Shown piece after piece: positions 54,401 to 64,000 of a stretch of 64,000 nt of DNA; the stretch's first letter is position 1, and each line of letters begins with the position of its first letter. The stretch is from the NCBI GenBank assembly GCA_030141605.1, contig JAQGDQ010000201.1, positions 248,001-312,000 on the forward strand. Reading direction: 5' to 3'. The position numbers and the translations under genes were made by a program. The notes below the pieces were generated by a model that saw only the letters and a program-made list of their open reading frames with translations, did no database searches and was not told the DNA's origin. The stretch is from Tubiluchus corallicola (lineage: Eukaryota; Animalia; Priapulida).

Positions 54401-57400
54401 AAAAGTATTATTTGTAGTAGAAGCGATACTGGCAGAATCAATGAAAATCTTTTGCTATTGATTTATGATACTAATTATTCGGTTCACAGGTTTAAAAAAA
54501 TTTGCTTATAATCAAAAAATTATTTATTTAGGTTACTGATTTTACTACCTCACTTTTTTCATTCCATTTTCTGGCATCGAGAATAAACTGTCTCAACCAC
54601 TGAGAAGCTTGTGTATATTCAGCTTCCGTATTGTTTAAAGATTTTAAGTCCTATAAACCTATGGGAGAGAATATGTACATTTTCTGATTAATAAAACAAG
54701 ACATTTTTGCTTTTTAGCGTACTCCACCTAAGAAGAAACAAAAGACACAGGAAAAGCATAAAAGCAAATCAGCCAGCGGCAGCAATGAGGCGGAGGAAAA
54801 CAAATTTATGGTAAAGCTGTTAGGAAAATCTTCTAACAATTGTTGATGTGAATTCATGAGAAAAAGTAGCTGTAAAAAGGGAAATTAGGTTATATTTGTC
54901 TTTGCAGCTTGATACGTTTATTATTAATATTTTCAGGTACAATTTGCAACTCCGAACTTGATGTCGTAAACTGTGTGAATGTAATCCACACATGTGAAAA
55001 ACTATAATAAACCCTTAAATTCACTTGTAGAAAATACCTACTATTTATAGTGATATAGACGAGTCCTTAATAACTGTTTTGGTTACAGTATGAGTCCTGA
55101 ATGACCTTGTTAGAGTTGTTTAGTTTTGGTTGGAATTTCATAATAAACATGAATAGACCTGTTTCTATCAAGCTAATGCAGCATAAAATCCATTAAATTA
55201 TTATAAGTAGGCCCAACTGAATTTTTTAATGTAATTTTTTCTCAATTTTGTTCTATTGAGGGCATATTCAGGGCACAAAACCGCAGTTAGATCTTGTGAA
55301 AGGAGAGAACCAAACTTTAAAATGCATAACTGGAAGCACTGTAAACACTGTGAATGGTAGGGGTTCTAGGCAAGGCACAGGATTGATGTGCCCTTGGAAA
55401 TCATCTTAAATTAGTTTTAGATAGTTTACCATAATTACGCCGGCAGTTTGTCGCCTAACGAAAGTTGTCTGTGTTTATATTGTCTATTGTCTAAAAACCA
55501 TTTTAGCTTTAGTATAATATAAATCTCAAAAAGTTAATACGGTATTTTGTGCGCTTTTAAGTAATGGATATGTGATCGTAAAGTCAGATATTCATAAAGG
55601 CATCGATTCTTAAGATTTTATGCACGTAATCAAGATAATAGAACATTGCGGTTTATGTTTGCCTAAGCTGAGTTCTTCATATAATACTTTTTTAACATAC
55701 ATTTCTGATACATAGCAAGCCGGAATCCAACATTTATCACAAGAGCCAGTCAGCAACGATATTTGTTATGAAACTGAAGCTTGGCAATTTTATCGAGGAT
55801 AACCTGCTACGCTGAACCACTGAATGTCAAAGGTGTTTTAACCACATTCAGGTGTATATATATATATTCCATGAGGTACTCAGCTACAATCAGTAGCGTT
55901 AATAAAACCATCCAGCAGACCATTCCCATGAAGCACAGCTGGTGACCACTTGGCTATACACTGTGCTTCATAATCATTCTAAAAATAGTCGGCTTGAGGA
56001 ACTTGCCCACAATATTGACCAAAGTTACTCGTGCATTTTCGTCTAAAGTCAACCGATTAATTTCTGAATTTAGACTCCATCTAGTTGTTTTGTTATCCAG
56101 AATTTAAATTTTTTCCTTATTCATTGAATTTAAACTAGTACTAACACAATTATTTAAATTTGATAGCAAATTTGAAAAAAGCAAATAGTGAAAAAATAAT
56201 ATTTGTACCAAAGACCTTTATTTACAATGCAGATGACTGAGGTTCCTGTGGGTAATTAAATAATTATTTATAATCCTAATAATAATCTTCATAATAAGAT
56301 TATAAATAATTAACTTAATTTTTCCTTTAGTTATCATTAGGATGAAAAGCCCTAAGTATCACTAGATCTGATGATAATTTATTGGGATACATAATAATAA
56401 CACTACATGAGGCTTATGCACATCTCAGTGGAGAGAACCCACTCGAATTCATGACCTGGTGCTTTGTGGGAGCATTGTAAGTTCCTTCTGGTCCCATATG
56501 AATTTGCTGCCAGGCACATGAACTATAGCTTTTGGCTTTACCATATGACAGTTAAGATACAAAGTTAATAAGCTGTCTTGTGGGTTTTTTTAAATGATGA
56601 ACACGTAAAGCATTTTATTTTATAATTACTGTACAGTAGTAATAAAAATTTTAGTGGCACTTTATCAAATTTGTGCACTTTACTGGCACCACAAGCAGAT
56701 TTTTTTCAAAATACCTCCAGCTGTTTTTGGAGTTACCATCCTAATAACTGCTTAGGTAAGATTAGATTAGAACAATTTCACAGTCAGACAAGAAGGGCAA
56801 AGGCAACATTTATTTGGCTAGCATTCATATGGAAGGTAAAATTAAGAAACTTACAACAACACGGGTGAACACGAAACATTACAAAACAAAAAAGAACATT
56901 GTAGGCTAAGGTGTACGCCCTGGCGAAGCCGCATTTATGAACTCTGTACACAAACCTGGGACTGCAACTTGTATGTGAGCCTGCAGCCTGCAATCTAGAC
57001 CACTTGGCCACTGAACTCTTATAAAGATATGGTACATGTGGGACGATTTCATTTTAGTAAAATAATTTCATTTCATTTTGATAGCAAATAATAAACTGTG
57101 TCATGTGTGAGTAATGACATACTGAAAGCAGTGCCCGAAAGCTACTTATCATTTGTGGTCATGATTTTCGTAGATTATTGTATTTGGACCATGATCATCA
57201 TTAGGAAACTAACTGCATTAATGATTCATTCAAACTTTTTATTTATGGAGTCATCAAAGAAGAGGGTTTTTAGGGGCCACGTCAAAATCCTGATTAATCT
57301 GGCAAAAAAATTTTCCAGCTGTGATGATGAAACTTATACTTCACAAGGTCTTTGGCACTGAGTGTGGTTAAGATGAACACGCTTAGAAATGCTAGTAAGC

Positions 57401-58846
57401 ACCACCTTTAACCATGTTGCACAATCATGCAGGCAATAATGCAGAGCTATTAACATTTGTTGAAAAACTTCATGGCTGAATCAGGTATAAAGGCAATAAA
57501 CTTGTTGTGATTTTAAGCTCATAATTAAGATAATACACACAATTTGTGTTTTCAAGCATACTTGTTAAATGAGTAAATGCTTACTTCTGGTGTTCAAGTT
57601 CAATATAGACAAGTTCTGTACCTTCAAGTTCTGGTTCAAACCAGAGTCTTTGGAATTTGAGTCCGAGTCTCTTAAAAAGGGCTCAAGGCCTAAATCACCA
57701 CTAATTTAGCTGAGTGATTTTCTCCATTTTTACATAAAGAGATAAACATTGAAATATCCTCCAAGGATTTTACACTGTGAAATGAGTAATAAATGTAACA
57801 ATATTTGTAGTAATACAAGTGAATGTTATTTGTTATAATAGCATCTACAAACATTGTTTTCTTTCTACAGCTGTCTAAAAACAGATTTGTGACAGTACGA
57901 GAATTTCGGGGACGCGTAATGGTTGATATCAGAGAGTTTTACAATGACAGCGAAGGCGATCTAAAACCAGGAAAGAAAGGTATAATTGAAATTTGCATGC
58001 AGAGCTGTTCTATCACAAATCACTAAATATGCCTAAGGCTTGCCAGATATGCTCACCATGCATGTGGTCTATTGAACTTAATACTCATTTTTAATAGACT
58101 GCCTGTTGGAAGTTTGATGCAGATGCAGAAAGTGTTTGATGATATCACATCTGTATGTTATGTTAATTACAGAAAAGCTTTCAGTAATATATACGTGTAC
58201 TTTTGTGTTAATGATGGGGACTTCATGTTTCTCCTTTAAATTGCTACAGCAAACAACTGTAGTAACTGTGGACAATTACAAAGTCCAACATGAATTGATG
58301 GATGCTGTTTTAGCATCTCCTAGGCCGTAAAATGTTGCTCGAACCCAGAGATTGTGGATATATAATGCACAATGAAAAAGTTGAAAATGCATTTTTTTTG
58401 TATAACCTTGTTCATTATGATGCCAGTGTGAATTTCAGAAGATATTTATGAGTTTTATTTTAGTCACTCACTTACGCCTGCTGCAGAACCTGTTAAGAAA
58501 TAATTTGAAATTCTGTGGTCACACTGTTGTATTGAGGTGATAAAATGCAGAAAAGAACATAATCGGATACCAGTAGTGAGGAATTTTTAAGTCTCAACTT
58601 TTTCAAATTAACTGACAATTAGAGATATCATTAATTAAATTATGACTGAATACCAGAAATTTATGGAATTGCTGGAATTTAAGCAGTTTATGATGAGGGG
58701 GTTTCACAAATCATGGCTGTTAGGTTGAACTTGAAGATTAAACATTCCTCATTTTCCTTTCAGGAATATCACTTAGCTTAGACCAGTGGACTAAACTAAA
58801 AGATCATGTTGATGATATTGACGAAGCTGTAAAGGATATGTCATGA
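51404..58846 (+). CDS. SUB1: Activated RNA polymerase II transcriptional coactivator p15 (PC4/SUB1), 114 aa
   Basis: Exons 51404-51463, 54718-54810, 57871-57979 and 58764-58846 give MPKKKVAVSSSDSDSGPDED/RTPPKKKQK...ENKFM/LSKNRFVTVREFRGRVMVDIREFYNDSEGDLKPGKK/GISLSLDQWTKLKDHVDDIDEAVKDMS*: serine/acidic region, Lys-rich region and PC4 ssDNA-binding domain. Confidence 0.95.
52650..54640 (-). mobile_element. Heavily decayed CR1-type LINE ORF2 in SUB1 intron 1
   Basis: Frameshifted minus-strand remnants in the correct order: NNTFASFFTQE (~54385-54415), DIDILYL/FREVFDSVPFGHLLLKM (~53640-53720), ASGIPQD (~53515-53535) and LFDD. Boundaries approximate. Confidence 0.6.
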
Positions 58847-61800
58847 TGAGATGTCATCTGCATCAATTAATTTCAAAAAGATCGTCTTATACTCTTTCGG
58901 GTGACAATATTAGTTGTACCAACTTGAATTAATCTGTCTGCTGGAGTCATGTATGTTGTCTTTCTGCTAGAGTCATGTATGTTGTACGGAACCCTTAAAT
59001 GGCATATTAAATAATTCAAGTAAAAGAAAAACATTTCGCTGTACACAGGTGGCACTTCATTGACTTATTGAGCAATATTTTCTTAGATAAAAAGATGGAA
59101 GCCAATCTGTAAAACTCCGCCTTTTTGTTGTTAAAGCTTCTGCTAAAGCAAAATTTTAGTTAAAACATAGCCAGTCCTTATAGGTAACATTGATTAAAAA
59201 AATTACATTAAATTGAGATTGATATAAACAAAAATTGAGATTAAACATGTAATGGTGAGAGGTTAAGACGGTCAGAAGCATGAAAGTGAACTAAACAAAT
59301 GTGAGTTTGCACATTGCACTAAATTTCTTCTTTATTTGTTTTTGTGTTTGCCATAGATCTGGTCTTGATTGCCTTGTCTGTGATATATCCCGTCTGCTTT
59401 TGAACTAGTGGCTATATGAAAACATTAAATTTTAATAGGTTTGGCATCCATTATTGAAAATATCAATGAAATAAAGATTATAGATGGAAACATGGATGTA
59501 ATAATCAAAATTCTGTTTTTTATTTTTGCTAGCAGCAGATGTTTTGCAGCCATAACGGGTTACTTCCTTGGTGTAATCATGAGCAATATGCAGCACCTTG
59601 AAATGCAAAATTATCAAATAACCGAAATACAGAAAACAGAAAAATGCCCTTCCTATGACTTGTATTGCAGAATCCTTAATGACCGTTATACTGACCAAAT
59701 TTTGCATTTGTATTTGCTCGTGTTTACATTGAAGAAGCAACCCATAATGGGCTGCAAAATAGCTGTTTGTTGGCAAAAATAAGAAGCTGAATTTTGATCA
59801 TTATGTGTTTCCGTCTATAATCTTTGCTTTGTTTTATTGATAAAAAACATTAAACATTTTGTTTTTACTGGTTATTAAGGTGCATGTTTAAGATTGGTTG
59901 TATTACTGTGGCCACCCGCACATTGTTTTGTTTCTAGCTTTTTTTAATTTCATTGTATCGCGTCTACACTACAGACTGAGCTCCTCTTAATAAGAATTAG
60001 TAGCTTTCATTGAACAATTAATTACTTCAGATTTGATGAACAATTGTGTTCTTTGTTCCTGCATTGCCTATGTGCAAATCTCATCATATGATATAAATAA
60101 GTTGTAGTATTGTGATTAGAATCGTTATGTAATTAGTTTGTTAGGTTTTGTCTTGTATTTGTATCTTATTATTCAGTGTAGAGCATTAGTACATTTCTAA
60201 AGCAACTGTAAAGCATTTTGTTAATTTGGTTGAACATTCCATAATTGACATCATATATTTTTCTATTCATGTTACACTAATTCATCTTTGCCACATACAT
60301 AGTCTGCTTAAGCCATTAATTAAGGAATACCAATAACTTCTTTTGCCAATTTCTTGGCATTTGTTTCATAGTAAGCCATCTATAAACAAAAATAATATTA
60401 GATCCATAAACTATTTAGTTGTTTTTACGCTGAAAATGCAAGTAGAATCGTATATAGTCATTATTCAATAGTATATGTGGCCTGTTAATTTAGTGTTTTG
60501 TCATTAGTTCAGTAATGTGATTAATGTACAACATCATGAAAACCCAATAAAAATTTTATTGACAAATACTGTTGTAAATGTTGTAAAATAGTGTAAAAGA
60601 TCGTCGTAGTTAAAAGACAAAAAGAATCACTCTGACAATGTTTTGCGCTGATTTGTATGTGAAGCAAATGAAAAAGTCGGTCGAAGTTATATTGGTTTAG
60701 ATAGATAGATAATTTTATTTATCTTGTGTAATACACGCAAAAACAATTACATAGCAAAAATAAATTGTTAGTACATGTATTAGAGAAGTTTAGCGTGATT
60801 TTGTTGACAAATATTGTACTATTCTCACACAGTCTTCAAAGCATCTAATCTTATTTAATGCAAACGCACCACATTCATTTGCTTGCTGGTTTAATAATAA
60901 TAGATCTTTAGCATCGTGTTTGCGTTAATTACTAATCGGTTAACCAGATGGCGCTAGGCACTACTACTGTATTGCAGTAGTAAAACGCAACATGCAAGAT
61001 ACACGGCATCCAATAAATAGTCTATTTCGTTACTTTTGTAGTAATTAAAATTTTATGTGGAAACCTCAGTTACAGCCGGAAAAATTCATTGTATATATCA
61101 CATGGCCTAATGTTTTTTGTGTCACGTTATGGTGTACATACTACCTTGCGTAATGATAAAGCAAACACTCTTTTCATCCAATTTATAAACTTGTTTCACC
61201 AAACCCGGCCAATTTTCGATGTACTATAAGTCATACTCGATAACTCCACTATACGATTATCACGGGCCATGTGACAAGTTGGTAAGAAATGTCTACCAAA
61301 AATACAATGTAAGAATAATTATTAATGGTCCTGCCGTTAACTACCGCCTACAACAGTAGTTATGACATGTTGCTTTGTTCCTTGTCTGCCATTATTTTCA
61401 TCGTGGGTGGCTTGGGAGTCAGTTAACGAAAATATACCAACAAATGCCGGTAACAATGAAAAGTAATAGAAGTACAATGCAGTGTCATGAAAAATGAAAC
61501 GGCGTCGTAATCGAAATTACAGCTCAGAAGACAGAATGAAAGACGCAGAATCATTATTTAATATTTACGCAAAAGTTTTAGTTTGCACAGAACTGTTTCA
61601 GCAACTTGAAATGGTGGATGTCTCAATAAACTTGACGAGCAATTACGAAATTTTTCTAAAAGTTTAACGAAAAACTTTACAATAAACATAACTTTCCAAA
61701 ATTTAATTAATGAACGTGTCAAAAGTCGCCAAGTTTGAAACTCGTATTTATATGCGCTGGCACAACTATGTCTATGCAGCGTCAATGTTTTTTACCATAT

Positions 61801-64000
61801 AATAGGTGCAATGAAACTAAAAAGCTTTTTGCGTGCACGCAGGTTGCTTAGAAACATTACGCTCCATCTATAACCTTAAGTTTCGAAATGATCTAAAAAC
61901 GATTTTGGTGTTTAGGCATTGATTGCTGCCTCGTGTTTGCCACACCTGTTCGCACCTGCTTGAATTTATTCATCAATAATTTTCACAATTACTGTTTCAC
62001 GAGATGTTAGTATAACACTTTCGTCAGAGTTTTTCTGGCTACACGTAGCCTATGTATAACTTTAAAAAAGGATCGCATTTTAAGAAATAATAATTGTATC
62101 GTTCAGCGCTACTACTTGTTTTACTATTTCGAAGAATCTCGTTAGCGGGAAACTAAATATTTGACAGTTTAACGTTTTGCGTTAACAGACAAATAAGTGC
62201 TGTGATCACTCACAGGACTGTGAACAGTGTGACACGCATTATTCACTCAGTTGTGTGTCATGTCTTTTTAAATGTACCAAATAACTTGATTAGCCCACGA
62301 TCCTTGGGATTTGTTCACTAGTAACTTTTGCATTTTACTTATCTTAGTATTTTCCTTAATTTTACCATGTCTTAGTGTATAAATGCATCTGCTAGCCCTA
62401 GAGCGAATTTGCCAAATTTCAAAAAAGGATGGCGCCACATACATTGACACAATTCTTGGTTATTACAGCTCACTTGGCGAAGAGCTCGAGACTCGCGAGC
62501 AACGACACTAGTTGACCATAGATTGTGTGCATGCGTGTAGTTAATAAAGATTTTATTTGAAATCGATATTATGCATAGTAATTTAATTTGCCTGAGCAAC
62601 TACGACACTGTTTAATGGGTTATAACAGCTTTGTAGAAATTATACTGCTGTATGAAGAAGAGTAGAACTGTAATTAATGCAGTCTGTAGACTGCAGCGAT
62701 AAATGATTACACCAGCACTTAATGTCAGTGTTTAGTTATGTGTTTCAAACTAGACAAAATATTAATTAAAATCTTGCTTCGATTGATTTTGTAACTTTAA
62801 ATGGTCTGGTCAAATCAACCAATAATAAGAGCCTAAAGCCGAACTTTCACACAAACCCTTGAACGACAATCTCTCTTCTCACTCTCAACTCGATGTATGA
62901 ACGAAAAACAGCCTTGCTCGGTGTTTACTAAAACATAAAATATTAAAATTATTATTTTGTTTGTAAAAATTAATTGGGTCTAAATAAATATTGACTTACT
63001 ATAAATGCGTGCACCCTCATAACCTCATCTAGGTTGAAAAATTCTAAGTGAGCACAAGATAAGTCAACGACGTATACTGCTTCAAAGTCAAAATAGAGGG
63101 TCCCACTGGACATAAACCCGCAGAAGCCCTATTACACAAATTTACATTACATTAAAAACTGTCAGCGTATCGCAATGTGGCTATTGCACGCTGGTATTAT
63201 TTATGATCTTGCACATCATATCATTTATGAGGCGCTATAAACCACAGTTTTCATTATATATAGTGTAATGCAAGCCCGCGTTTCATGCCTTGATACGATG
63301 TACTCGATATAATATGTTAGTATTTTATGTAGTGGGCAAAGCACCTTTGACAGTAACAAAAGCTATATGTAATCGTTATTAGAAAAACAACCTTGTTACA
63401 TTAAGTCATATTATATAGTTCATGCTAATATTAACAGGTATATTTTAATAAGTCGCCAAGTCAACTGAATGGTACTATACTCTAAAATCCTTTTGTCCTG
63501 AGGTAGAAACCTACTTAATATGTCTGTATAATTACCTCTAATCAGTAATCCATGATTAGTAAGTGGGAAAGTGTCCAAGCGTGCCAAATGCAGAAGCGAA
63601 AAAATCTTTGTCACTCAAGTCTTGTGCATTATTGGTAGCACATATAGGATTGGTGGCTTTGGCAAAATACAGCGGTATTGTTATGCTTAGGTCGGCCTTT
63701 TAAAATTTTAAAAACTACATGTAGTTAAATCTAAGTGAATTACTAAATAATTAATTACCGCTTTTGTGTCGCTTACACTAGTGCATTTTTCTTTCATATA
63801 AATATGTATCATTGTGGACGAGATTCAAGCAAATAATTTAAATGCAGTATGCTAAATGTTTTTACTGGTAAACGCCCCAGTGGAGAGTAAAATTTCTCTG
63901 GCACATCCAATTAATAAATATGAAAAGCCAAACAAAATATCTGATTTTTGTGTCGACCAAAAATTTAAAAAAGGATAACAATCAGTAGAGCAACATATTA

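Noticed and set aside
57320-57362. Possible C/D box snoRNA (RTGATGA...CTGA) in SUB1 intron 2
   Set aside because: The boxes are only ~35 nt apart, with no convincing terminal stem or rRNA complementarity.
59432-59782. Overlapping 113-aa and 114-aa ORFs on opposite strands
   Set aside because: No recognisable domain or splice context; probably transposon-derived or SUB1 3' flank.
61490-61560. MKRRRNRNYSSEDRMKDA, a pogo/HTH-psq-like start
   Set aside because: Too short, and no TIRs or downstream transposase could be traced.

Overview
AT-rich, intron-containing eukaryotic DNA from an invertebrate animal (possibly lophotrochozoan; not determinable from sequence alone). Five nuclear housekeeping genes can be spliced by eye: CDK7 (minus strand, 8 exons, 3' end off the left edge), MAU2/Scc4 (plus, 15 exons, ~605 aa, with an 18-nt micro-exon followed by a U12-type intron), GATAD2/p66 (plus, ~620 aa), and SERF (minus, 68 aa) head-to-head with SUB1/PC4 (plus, 114 aa). 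Mobile DNA includes a young 5'-truncated CR1/L2-group LINE about 230 bp upstream of the MAU2 ATG, decayed CR1 remnants, an internally deleted Harbinger, two copies of a TTAA-flanked Kolobok/T2-like MITE and several hAT-like MITEs. The most unusual element is a 5S-rRNA-headed SINE with a body resembling a Vingi/Ingi 5' UTR. It sits in a (TA)n microsatellite tail-to-tail with a second copy of its own tail, forming a ~120-nt palindrome in MAU2 intron 4. The MAU2->GATAD2 adjacency mirrors human 19p13. No prokaryotic-type systems such as CRISPR are present. All family assignments come from recalled motifs, not database searches.
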